From NCBI GenBank assembly GCA_050749405.1, contig JBOGRD010000004.1:30001-49946 (forward strand): DNA of 19,946 bases, read 5' to 3'. The notes under the pieces were generated by a model, which worked only from the letters and a program-made list of their open reading frames with translations, had not been told where the DNA came from and ran no database searches. Position numbers and translations under genes: made by a program. Of the stretch, positions 1 to 7,745 are shown piece after piece (the stretch's first letter is position 1; every line of letters starts with the position of its first letter). The DNA is from Nitrosotalea sp. (GTDB taxonomy: Archaea > Thermoproteota > Nitrososphaeria > Nitrososphaerales > Nitrosopumilaceae).

Positions 1-2
1 TG

Positions 3-332
3 CAAAATATAGAGGTCGGTCACACGCCTGCCAGCATACGCGAATCATTGCTAGAAAAGGTAATAGAGGTAGGAGACAGGTTTGTTTCAGCAGTAAAAAA
101 AGAATACCCTCCAGGAATCATAGGTCCATTTTCACTTCAGAGTGTAATCACAAAAGACTTGGAGATATCAGTATACGATGTATCTCTTAGAGTTCCCGGC
201 AATCCGATTCTTGCAACTACCAGTCCCTATACAAAGTACAAGTATGGGACAACTTTTGGGGTAGGCAGAAGAATAGCAATGGAGATAAGAAAAGCCCAGC
301 AAGAAGGAAAACTCGAAGAGATAGTAACCTAG
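3..332 (+). CDS. purP: 5-formaminoimidazole-4-carboxamide ribonucleotide (FAICAR) synthetase PurP, C-terminal fragment; the 5' end lies outside the window
   Basis: The frame is open from the window edge, so the listed Met at 48 is internal. Translation reads QNIEVGHTPASIRESLLEKVIEVGDRF..GPFSLQSVITKDLEISVYDVSLRVPG..SPYTKYKYG..GRRIAMEIRKA. From memory this matches the C-terminal domain of archaeal PurP. TAG stop at 330-332. Confidence 0.65.
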   Translation, partial: QNIEVGHTPASIRESLLEKVIEVGDRFVSAVKKEYPPGIIGPFSLQSVITKDLEISVYDVSLRVPGNPILATTSPYTKYKYGTTFGVGRRIAMEIRKAQQEGKLEEIVT

Positions 333-754
333 GCTTCCATTTTTTCTTTTAAAAGATTTTTTCTGACAAGTATCGGTATATTGTAAAACGATGCCAGTGC
401 TATGGCATCTGAAGCTCTGTAGTTTCGCATGACAAGATCATTTTTTCCTGTAAAGTAAAGATTGGCACGCAGTACACTTCCGCTTTCATATACCTTTATC
501 CTAACAAGAACTAGTTCGTTGACTTCAGCAATTTCCTCAATCATGTTGTATATGGTAGGTATTGCCCCTCTTTCTCCTTCAATAAAATTTGTAATGTGTC
601 TTGCAACCTCGCCTGAAAAAGCTCTTATGTGAAATTCTTTACCATCATCAGCTCGTAGTATAACCAGCCCTTCTACTCCATATGGATCAATAAAACCAAC
701 ATAAGTGATCTTAGTCTCGGCATAATCAGAATCTTGAGGCTCGTCTATCTTCAC
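329..754 (-). CDS. Bifunctional nuclease (BFN/DUF151) domain protein
   Basis: 141-aa ORF with a GTG start (752-754 on the + strand reads cac). The beta-rich core VGFIDPYGVEGLVILRADDGKEFHIRAFSGEVARHI followed by ..IPTIYNMIEEI..VLVRIKV..LRANLYF resembles DUF151. Its stop overlaps the purP stop in the palindrome CTAG. Confidence 0.6.
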   Translation of the reverse strand: MKIDEPQDSDYAETKITYVGFIDPYGVEGLVILRADDGKEFHIRAFSGEVARHITNFIEGERGAIPTIYNMIEEIAEVNELVLVRIKVYESGSVLRANLYFTGKNDLVMRNYRASDAIALASFYNIPILVRKNLLKEKMEA

Positions 755-822
755 GGCTATTTTCTAGCGAGCATCATTGCAGATAAATACTTTGAAAAAA
801 ACAGATAGAATTTAATGTCACC

Positions 823-1683
823 GTGTCTCGTTTTTACTCGTTGGAAAAACAGAGCACAATACGTCGCTCGCATAGAGTGTTGATTATTGTTGGATTTTTA
901 GCAATAGCAGTGTCGTTTCTTGCCTATGCAAGAAACGATGAGATCACCATAACTCCAGCAGCCATGCCAGCACTGCAGAATTTAGCAGTAGCAACATATG
1001 TCATTTTGTTCATGTCGTTTGGTGCAATAGGATGGGGCCTGTACAAATTTTACAAGGCCAAGATAGAGCTTCCTGATTCATCAACGACTTCAATAATTTC
1101 TAATGCCATAAACAACAAGCGAGCAAAACAGATCTTTATCATTAGTGCCATAGGATATGGAATATTTTTTGGTCTGACATCTGGAATAATCTTATACAAA
1201 CCAGAGATCAGTGCAACTGACTATGGTTTTCCAGCTCCGCCACACATTGAACTCTCCCCTTGTTGCGATTTACCAGGATACATGCCAATGATATTTGCCT
1301 TTTTCACAGAACATGTAGGATTACAAATTGTGCCATTAAATTTGGTTCTTCTTGTCGTAGTATCCTTTCTAGTTGGATTGAATTTTGCCCTCTCTGCAAC
1401 TACATTTACAGTGGCAAGAGGAGTAGGAAAGTTTGGTACATTTGGTGCTGTAACAGGACTCTTTGTAGGATGTCCAACCTGTGCTGGCACTGCCTTTACG
1501 ATGCTTTTTGGCCTTGGAGCTAGTGCAACGGGTGTGACATTGTTTTTGACCAGTTATGAAGCCCAACTGCAAACCATATTCATAGCTGCTTCAATCCCTG
1601 TGTTAATTGCCACTCCATACATCATGGCAAGAAAGATAAGAAAAACTCAAAACGGAAGTTGCGCATTAGAGCCTAAGCAGTAG
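823..1683 (+). CDS. Polytopic membrane protein with paired Cys motifs (SPCCDLPGY and GCPTCAG); function unknown
   Basis: 286-aa ORF with a GTG start. It has about 6-7 long hydrophobic segments. The two Cys motifs sit at the edges of hydrophobic helices. Three overlapping ORFs (1221..1490 -, 1260..1523 +, 1369..1572 -) look like shadows. Confidence 0.7.
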   Translation: MSRFYSLEKQSTIRRSHRVLIIVGFLAIAVSFLAYARNDEITITPAAMPALQNLAVATYVILFMSFGAIGWGLYKFYKAKIELPDSSTTSIISNAINNKRAKQIFIISAIGYGIFFGLTSGIILYKPEISATDYGFPAPPHIELSPCCDLPGYMPMIFAFFTEHVGLQIVPLNLVLLVVVSFLVGLNFALSATTFTVARGVGKFGTFGAVTGLFVGCPTCAGTAFTMLFGLGASATGVTLFLTSYEAQLQTIFIAASIPVLIATPYIMARKIRKTQNGSCALEPKQ

Positions 1684-1963
1684 ATTTTGTGACCTGTGGC
1701 ATTTTCCAGTCACCAATATCATAGCCATCTTGTCGCAAATATTTGAGAGTAAGCTTGTAGACTAGCTCGTCGTTGCCAGAGACCTCTAGAATTTCTTTCC
1801 ATGTGACCATTCCTGTTTGCTCTATCTTCTTTTCAAGTTGAGAAGAGATAGATTTAGCTATTTCTCTGCATTGATTAAATGTTTTACCATTTTTGTAAGC
1901 TCGGGTCCTTGAATCACAGGTATCCATAGTTCTCAGAGTACAATACTCAGATAAAAAGTTCAA
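1673..1963 (-). CDS. Hypothetical small protein (96 aa; the true start may be the internal Met13)
   Basis: This is the only long ORF in the gap. It has mixed charged and hydrophobic composition (..KSISSQLEKKIEQTGMVTWKEILEVSGNDELVYKLTLKYLRQDGYDIGDW). It overlaps the preceding convergent gene by 11 nt. No motif recognised. Confidence 0.45.
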   Translation of the reverse strand: MNFLSEYCTLRTMDTCDSRTRAYKNGKTFNQCREIAKSISSQLEKKIEQTGMVTWKEILEVSGNDELVYKLTLKYLRQDGYDIGDWKMPQVTKSTA

Positions 1964-2020
1964 TTTTTTCCACCTGTTGATAGAAGAGTTTTAAACCAAA
2001 TAAGATTCATAATTTGTCAA

Positions 2021-2932
2021 GTGTCATCAAATAACAAACAGAAATTTGTCAGCATCAATCCCGTGGATGTATTTCTTTGGACGTTTCGTAGAAATGAAAA
2101 CGATGTCATAAATCTTTACGATGCCCTTTCATCCCTAATGCAGATCTCTACTGGAAGTAACATGCTCAACTTTGGGTATTGGAATGAGAAGATATCTGAT
2201 CCTTATCAGGCACAGATCACACTTTGTAAAACTATTGCAGAGATGGCGGAATTAAAATCAGCAAATGACATACTAGATGTAGGAAGTGGCTTTTCTGAAC
2301 CTGCAATTATCTGGAAATCAGAATTTCCTCATGCAAAAATATATTGTCTGAATGTAAATCCACAACAACTCAATTTTGCCTCAAGAATTCTTAAAGGAAA
2401 TGGTTCCACACCAAATCCATATCATTCGGGTTCAGACCACATCGGCCTTGTTAATTCTACTGCTACAAAACTGCCGTTTGCAAACAAATCCATGGATAGA
2501 ATAATTGCGTTAGAGTCTGCACAGCATTTCAAGCCATTTTCAGAATTCATATCAGAAAGTAAGAGAGTGTTGAGGGAAAATGGTATCTTGGTACTAGCCA
2601 TACCGACACTTGCAAAATCAGCAAAATCTCTCGAGGTTTTCAAGCTTGGCATACTATCTTTTACGTGGTCATCGGAACACTATGATCTTGAAAATATCAA
2701 AAAGACCATTACAGATGGGGGCTTTGATATAATTTCTACAGATTTCATAGGTTCAAAGGTATACGAACCACTTACTGACTATTACATAAGAAAAAGGTCA
2801 ACTCTAAAATCAAAGATATTACAACAATATTCGCCATATGTTGAGAAGATCCTCTTCAGATCTTTGCTAAAAATGAAAGAGGTTTCTGAAAACAAGACCA
2901 TCGATTACATTCTTTTAAAGTGTGTCGCATAA
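2021..2932 (+). CDS. Class I SAM-dependent methyltransferase
   Basis: 303 aa with a GTG start. Motif I ILDVGSGFSEPA, an upstream LNFGYW motif typical of small-molecule O/N/C-methyltransferases, and post-I/II motifs (IYCLNVN; MDRIIALESAQHF; GILVLAIP). Confidence 0.85.
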   Translation: MSSNNKQKFVSINPVDVFLWTFRRNENDVINLYDALSSLMQISTGSNMLNFGYWNEKISDPYQAQITLCKTIAEMAELKSANDILDVGSGFSEPAIIWKSEFPHAKIYCLNVNPQQLNFASRILKGNGSTPNPYHSGSDHIGLVNSTATKLPFANKSMDRIIALESAQHFKPFSEFISESKRVLRENGILVLAIPTLAKSAKSLEVFKLGILSFTWSSEHYDLENIKKTITDGGFDIISTDFIGSKVYEPLTDYYIRKRSTLKSKILQQYSPYVEKILFRSLLKMKEVSENKTIDYILLKCVA

Positions 2933-2958
2933 CAGATAACAAACCCTTATTTTGTAGT

Positions 2959-3030
2959 ATGGCACAGTATCATCATAATACCAGTTCGTCTGGTACCCAC
3001 TGCGTAGCGTAATTTCTACGCAGGTGCCAT
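2959..3030. other. 72-nt three-way-junction inverted-repeat element (candidate small structured RNA or terminator); strand unresolved
   Basis: Outer 7-bp stem atggcac (2959-2965) / gtgccat (3024-3030). It encloses hairpin 1, taccag (2979-2984) / ctggta (2990-2995) with loop ttcgt, and hairpin 2, ctgcgtag (3000-3007) / ctacgcag (3016-3023) with loop cgtaattt. All pairs are perfect Watson-Crick. A T-run follows at 3031-3033. Confidence 0.3.
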
Positions 3031-3173
3031 TTTATCACAATCGATGCCCTACAGGTAAAACATATGTTTCCATCAAAAGTTTTAAGAAATTTGCCATCAA
3101 AGATCAAAAAATATCGCGTGTTCCATTTAAGCTAGAGAAAAAGAATTATTAGTCATTTTAACTATCTTGGCAT

Positions 3174-3338
3174 ATGGGCCTATTTCGAAAAAAAGAACCA
3201 GATGAAACAAAATGTAAAGAGTGTGGCCTTGAATTCAATGACCCAGTACGTTTAGACAGACATATGAAAAAAGCCCATAAACATGCACCACAGAGAAAAT
3301 TTGACGAACAAGGATTTTCCACTGGTGGCATGTGGTAA
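3174..3338 (+). CDS. 54-aa single C2H2 (TFIIIA-type) zinc-finger mini-protein
   Basis: ATG at 3174, TAA at 3336-3338. Product MGLFRKKEPDETKCKECGLEFNDPVRLDRHMKKAHKHAPQRKFDEQGFSTGGMW contains C-x2-C-x3-F-x5-L-x2-H-x4-H exactly. It is below the 60-aa cutoff of the ORF track. The antisense 69-aa ORF 3158..3367 is Cys/Phe-rich and looks like a shadow. Confidence 0.65.
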   Translation: MGLFRKKEPDETKCKECGLEFNDPVRLDRHMKKAHKHAPQRKFDEQGFSTGGMW

Positions 3339-3383
3339 GTACGCGATAGGTATAATTCACTATTCAAACAACCATAGAAGAAG

Positions 3384-4013
3384 TTGGTTACGGCAGAAAT
3401 CCTTGGTAATTTGACGAATTTTATTATTCAAACCATATCAAATTCTGGATATATTGGAATTTTCTTCCTCATGGTTGCCGAGAGTGCACTCATTCCCATA
3501 CCAAGTGAGGTAATCATGCCATTTTCAGGCTATCTTGTCTCAACAGGAAAGTTCAATGTAATACTGGTTATAATTGCAGGCTCCATTGGAAATCTTGTAG
3601 GAGCACTAATTGCGTACTTTGTGGGGTCGTATCTTGGAAGAGGCTTTGTCTTAAAATATGGCAAATATGTCTTACTCAAAAAATCTCATCTTGAACTTGC
3701 AGAGTCTTACTTTAAAAAATATGGTGACAGATCAACTTTTATCAGTAGACTATTGCCAGCTATAAGGACATACGTTTCCCTACCTGCAGGGGTTGCCAAG
3801 ATGAACTTGAAGAAATTTGCAGTTTTCACCCTAATAGGCTCCATAATATGGAATACCGCATTGACATACATTGGCATAAAATTAGGCGAGGAATGGAATA
3901 ACATTAGAAAGTATTCAGATTATTTTGACGCGATTGTTGTAATAGTTGTGATAGTTGCCATTATTGCATATTGGAGGAAGAGAAAGTCCACACAGCCAGT
4001 CAACGATTCTTAA
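3384..4013 (+). CDS. DedA / SNARE-associated family membrane protein
   Basis: 209 aa with a TTG start. It has the characteristic YIGIFFLMVAESALIPIPSEVIMPFSGYL N-terminal motif plus ..FISRLLPAIRTYVSLPAGVAKMN.. and several TM segments. Confidence 0.85.
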   Translation: MVTAEILGNLTNFIIQTISNSGYIGIFFLMVAESALIPIPSEVIMPFSGYLVSTGKFNVILVIIAGSIGNLVGALIAYFVGSYLGRGFVLKYGKYVLLKKSHLELAESYFKKYGDRSTFISRLLPAIRTYVSLPAGVAKMNLKKFAVFTLIGSIIWNTALTYIGIKLGEEWNNIRKYSDYFDAIVVIVVIVAIIAYWRKRKSTQPVNDS

Positions 4014-4281
4014 AATGGCTTAGTTCTTCAAGTATTATTTTGAATATTGTTTCATTGTCTAGTAAAACACATGGAATGTTGTTTTCTTTGCATGCCTTAC
4101 CAACTTCGGTGTCTTCTGTGACCATTACCATTCCATTTTCGGCAGCATATTTTATCATTGAATAATCACTAGCAAGTTTCTTGCCTTCTGCAACCAATTT
4201 TTTTACACTTAGTGCATCATATCCAAATTCCTTTAGTTTTGTATCTATTCCATCATACATTGCATCAACTAGCACTTTCAT
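4000..4281 (-). CDS. PIN-like fold protein (Mut7-C / DUF5615-like), possible orphan toxin-type RNase
   Basis: 93 aa. MKVLVDAMYDGIDTKLKEFGYDAL..D..MIKYAAENGMVMVTEDTEV follows the pattern (f)LVD..L..L...L...GyD......D..i...A...g.i.vT.D seen in Mut7-C/DUF5615 families. The 3' end overlaps DedA by 14 nt in convergent orientation. Confidence 0.55.
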   Translation of the reverse strand: MKVLVDAMYDGIDTKLKEFGYDALSVKKLVAEGKKLASDYSMIKYAAENGMVMVTEDTEVGKACKENNIPCVLLDNETIFKIILEELSHFKNR

Positions 4282-4539
4282 ATTGTAACCTCAAAAGAGT
4301 TCCTATTTTTATCATTTGGTTTTAAGATATTGGATGTACGATTTGATTTGAACTGTTTTTCTTGTTAAAAAGTATGGTTTTACACGTAAATGAACACAAT
4401 TCTATGAAGATAATGTTGCAACTATGTCCTAAAAGGAATCCTTTAGAAGCATTGCATAAAACTTTTAGATCATGCCACTTTTTGTACCCCCATGAGAAAC
4501 GAATCAAAATGCGTATAAACACGTTCATCCCGCCCTAGC

Positions 4540-6210
4540 ATGAATATGGCACTAGATACAATTTTTCTAAATGTTTCATTGAGTGATTTTTCACATGTGC
4601 TTGTCTATTCTTCATATTCTTTGTTAAGAATGACAATTGCCCTTGTCATATCGTACATGTTTGCCATAACATTCGGTGTTGCAGCAGCACGTAATAAAAA
4701 AGCTGAAAAAATACTGATGCCTGTCTTAGACATCTTACAATCGGTTCCAATTTTGGGATTCTTTCCTGCTGCCATATTCTTCTTTATTGCCTTATTTCAT
4801 CAAAGTTGGGTTGGAGTTGAGATGGCTGCAGTATTTCTCATCTTTACAAGTCAAGCTTGGAATCTTGCTTTTGCAGTGTATGAATCAGTATCATCCATAC
4901 CTGCAGATTTGGAAGAGGCATCAGGTTCGTTGGGATTGAAAGGGTGGAAAAAATTCAAGATATTGTACATTCCAGCGGCAATTCCAAAGCTGATCTATAA
5001 TGGAATTTTATCATGGTCTACAGGATGGTATTTCCTGGTAGCTGCAGAAATGATCTCAATCGGATCACAGCAGTTTAACATGCATGGTATTGGCAGTTAT
5101 CTAGCTACAGCAACTTACACAGGAGATTATCAAGGAACGATCATGGGCCTTTCTGTGCTTGTCATGATAATTCTTTTCGTCGATTTGATATTGTGGCGTC
5201 CCCTAAGACACTATGCCGATAGATTCAGGTACGAGTCAGTGTCTTCCGATGAAAACCATCCTCATAAAGGAGCGCAGGATCAAAGAATCACATGGTTACG
5301 AAGTCATTTGTCCATGTTACCTGTCAGACCTGCAGGGCTAACTCAGGCAATTACCACTAGCAGATTCAGGCCAATCATTGCAACCGTCAGACATGCCACA
5401 GAAGAACCAAAATTTGTTCAAAAACACCGCAAACCAATATTGATTGCAGCGATAATTATCATCTTGAGCATATTTGGAATTACAAGCGAAGCTTTTCTTG
5501 TAGGACTAGTCTCGGTTCCATCTTCCATATCAAATGACTTGAAAAAACCAGATATAGCTGCGGTGGCAGAGCAGATCCCTGCAGCGCTAGGAGCTTCAAT
5601 ACTTCGACTACTGGCAGCCTATCTACTTAGTATAGCATGGATTATTCCTCTAGCTCTAGTGCTAGCAGGCAAACCAAGATCCTTTGGCACATCCATATTT
5701 ACAATGGAGATTCTTGCGTCGCTTCCTGCAACTGCGCTCTTTCCACTCATAGTACTAGGAACCATGAATTTGCCTGGTGGTCTGCAGCTCACGTCAATTA
5801 TTCTTACAATGACTGGAATGCAATGGTATCTGCTCTTTAACGTACTAGGTGGGGTCAAGTCAATTCCATCAGACTTGGTTGAGGCAGCAAAGACATATCG
5901 TATTACAGGACTACAAAAGCTTCGAAAATTTATCCTTCCTGCAATCCTTCCCACGTTTATTACTGGAAGCATAACTGCATGGGGTGGAGGATGGAACGCA
6001 TTGGTCTTATCAGAATACATTACATTTAACAAACAGACCTTGTCCGTGCAAGGTATTGGGGCATTAATGAATAAATCTGCTTATGACTTGGGTAGTGTCA
6101 CTTTGCTTACTTTGATTATTATTGTAATGGTCTGCGTCGTAGTAGGAATGAACAGACTAGTATGGAGACGACTTTACAAAATAACATTTACAAGGTATAA
6201 GTTAGATTGA
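4540..6210 (+). CDS. ABC transporter permease, duplicated (two BPD_transp_1-type modules), NitT/TauT-like anion family
   Basis: 556 aa. There are two homologous halves, each with about 5-6 TM segments and an EAA-like loop (IPADLEEASGSLGLKGWKKFKILYIPAAIP and IPSDLVEAAKTYRITGLQKLRKFILPAILP). A hydrophilic linker separates them at roughly residues 225-300. Confidence 0.9.
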   Translation: MNMALDTIFLNVSLSDFSHVLVYSSYSLLRMTIALVISYMFAITFGVAAARNKKAEKILMPVLDILQSVPILGFFPAAIFFFIALFHQSWVGVEMAAVFLIFTSQAWNLAFAVYESVSSIPADLEEASGSLGLKGWKKFKILYIPAAIPKLIYNGILSWSTGWYFLVAAEMISIGSQQFNMHGIGSYLATATYTGDYQGTIMGLSVLVMIILFVDLILWRPLRHYADRFRYESVSSDENHPHKGAQDQRITWLRSHLSMLPVRPAGLTQAITTSRFRPIIATVRHATEEPKFVQKHRKPILIAAIIIILSIFGITSEAFLVGLVSVPSSISNDLKKPDIAAVAEQIPAALGASILRLLAAYLLSIAWIIPLALVLAGKPRSFGTSIFTMEILASLPATALFPLIVLGTMNLPGGLQLTSIILTMTGMQWYLLFNVLGGVKSIPSDLVEAAKTYRITGLQKLRKFILPAILPTFITGSITAWGGGWNALVLSEYITFNKQTLSVQGIGALMNKSAYDLGSVTLLTLIIIVMVCVVVGMNRLVWRRLYKITFTRYKLD

Positions 6211-6219
6211 TGTGATTAA

Positions 6220-6993
6220 TTGACAACACAAGTTGAGATACCAAAACTAATTGAGCTTCGTAATGTTACCAAGACATACGGTCCTATGACTCAGAGACCA
6301 CAAGTTGTTTTGGAGCACATCAATTTCACCGTGCGACAGCATGAATTTATCAGCATAGTAGGACCATCAGGATGTGGAAAATCAACACTCCTGAGGATAA
6401 TGATCGGTCTTGCCAAACCTGAGGACGGTGAGGTATATTATCATGATAAGAAGCTGGGTGGAGTTTGTGAGGCAATGTCAATGGTTTTTCAGACGTTTGC
6501 ATTATTTCCATGGTTGAATGTTGTTGGAAACGTTGAACTTGGACTAGAGGGAAAGCCATTTTCCAAAGAAGAAAAGAAGAAAAGAGTCTTAGATGTAGTC
6601 AAAGTAATTGGCCTTGAAGGATACGAGGAAGCTTATCCAAGGGAACTATCAGGAGGAATGAAACAACGTGTTGGACTTGCAAGAGCAATGGTTTCAGAGC
6701 CTGAAATTCTTTTAATGGATGAACCTTTCTCAGCATTAGATCCTTTGACTTCAACACATCTAAGAGAAGAGGTATTGCACCTATGGGCTGACCCGACATT
6801 ACCCCCGGAAGCAGTAGTCATGGTAACACACAATGTAGAAGAAGCTGTCTACATGGCAGATAGGATTATTGTTTTGACGTCTAGACCAGGCACCATAGCC
6901 AAAGAGATCAACATCGACCTACCTAGACCAAGAGATCCGCGAAGCCCAGAACTATACAAACTTGTAGACGAGATAACAGGATTCATAGTATAA
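6220..6993 (+). CDS. ABC transporter ATP-binding protein (nitrate/sulfonate/bicarbonate-type)
   Basis: 257 aa with a TTG start 9 nt after the permease stop. Walker A GPSGCGKST, Q-loop MVFQ, signature LSGGMKQRV, Walker B ILLMDEPFSALD, H-loop VTHN. Confidence 0.95.
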   Translation: MTTQVEIPKLIELRNVTKTYGPMTQRPQVVLEHINFTVRQHEFISIVGPSGCGKSTLLRIMIGLAKPEDGEVYYHDKKLGGVCEAMSMVFQTFALFPWLNVVGNVELGLEGKPFSKEEKKKRVLDVVKVIGLEGYEEAYPRELSGGMKQRVGLARAMVSEPEILLMDEPFSALDPLTSTHLREEVLHLWADPTLPPEAVVMVTHNVEEAVYMADRIIVLTSRPGTIAKEINIDLPRPRDPRSPELYKLVDEITGFIV

Positions 6994-7026
6994 TGAAGAT
7001 TTATTTGGCAGCAAAAAAAATGGAAT

Positions 7027-7536
7027 TTGTTTTATGGAGAAGTTAGGTTGACCATTCCTCGTGTTCAAGTAGGAAGAGTGATTGGACTCTTGGAGGTTTT
7101 ACAAGACTTTGAGGGCAAGGTAGACTTGGCCAAAGTTGCAGACGAGCTTAGATTAGAGCTTGATGACATACTTCCCGCAGTTGACGCTGCAAAGCTTTTG
7201 CGTCTGCTTCAGGTAGATACAGGTGATCTTATTTTAACAGAAGATGGAAAAATATTACTCTCAAAAAACGCCGGCGGAAGAAAGAGAATGCTCAACAAAA
7301 TATTGTCAAGTCTTGGAGAATTCAAGGGTATTACAGATTTTATTAAAAACGATCATGATGGCAAAGTAACAAAAGATGATCTCATGGCATTTCTTAAAGA
7401 AAACATGCCTGATGTTGATGCAGAACAGACCTTTTCTTGGATTATAGAATGGGGGCGCTATTCATTACTTTTAAGATATGATAGTGGCAGTGAAAAAATA
7501 AAGATCACACAGAAAAACGCCGGTTCCAAAGAGTAA
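7027..7536 (+). CDS. Stand-alone AAA-associated C-terminal domain protein, an accessory component of this ABC transporter class
   Basis: 169 aa; the TTG start is uncertain. The pattern IPRVQVGRVIGLLEVL..GKVDLAKVADELRLELDDILPAVDAAKLL.LLQVDTGDLILTEDGK......WIIEWGRYSLLLRYD matches my recollection of the domain, which in other organisms is fused to the C-terminus of NitT/TauT-type ATPases (I believe Pfam AAA_assoc_C, PF09821 / COG4754). Confidence 0.7.
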   Translation: MFYGEVRLTIPRVQVGRVIGLLEVLQDFEGKVDLAKVADELRLELDDILPAVDAAKLLRLLQVDTGDLILTEDGKILLSKNAGGRKRMLNKILSSLGEFKGITDFIKNDHDGKVTKDDLMAFLKENMPDVDAEQTFSWIIEWGRYSLLLRYDSGSEKIKITQKNAGSKE

Positions 7537-7745
7537 CATCGTAGATAACATACGCGTATTATCAGTGGCTTTTTCATGATGGACATTTTTATCAAATCTT
7601 TGACTTCTTTGTTAGTTATTATGCTAAAATAGATCATTTCTATCAAAATTGATTTAAATCAACTATAAATCTAGAATATCTCTATTTTGTATAGAAAATC
7701 AAAGGTTCATAAATCGAATTCACCAACTCTCGGAGAATTACTGCT

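Noticed and set aside
1221-1572. ORFs 1221..1490 (-), 1260..1523 (+) and 1369..1572 (-) overlapping the membrane protein gene
   Set aside because: All lie within the 286-aa membrane ORF, which has a coherent TM pattern. The alternative products are Cys/Arg/Thr-rich and unprotein-like.
2959-3030. Calling the three-way junction a tRNA gene (possible anticodon UCG)
   Set aside because: It lacks a D-arm, has an 8-bp/8-nt third hairpin in place of a 5-bp T-arm with a GTTCRANNC loop, and has a pyrimidine at position 37. The AUGAUGA on the minus strand has no D-box. It is reported only as an unexplained structure.
3158-3367. 69-aa minus-strand ORF from the track
   Set aside because: The opposite strand encodes a perfect C2H2 finger consensus. 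The minus-strand product (..CSSNFLCGACLWAFFICLSK..) looks like the antisense artefact of it.
4322-4528. 68-aa ORF upstream of the PIN-like gene as a possible antitoxin
   Set aside because: It shows no RHH, AbrB, DUF433 or HTH pattern. The composition is hydrophobic and Cys-rich. It sits in the divergent promoter region between the PIN-like gene and the ABC permease.
5619-6833. Internal and antisense ORFs in the ABC permease and ATPase genes (5619..6032 -, 5637..5840 +, 6350..6559 -, 6599..6799 -, 6633..6833 -)
   Set aside because: They are fully contained in genes with unambiguous ABC motifs and have no independent support.
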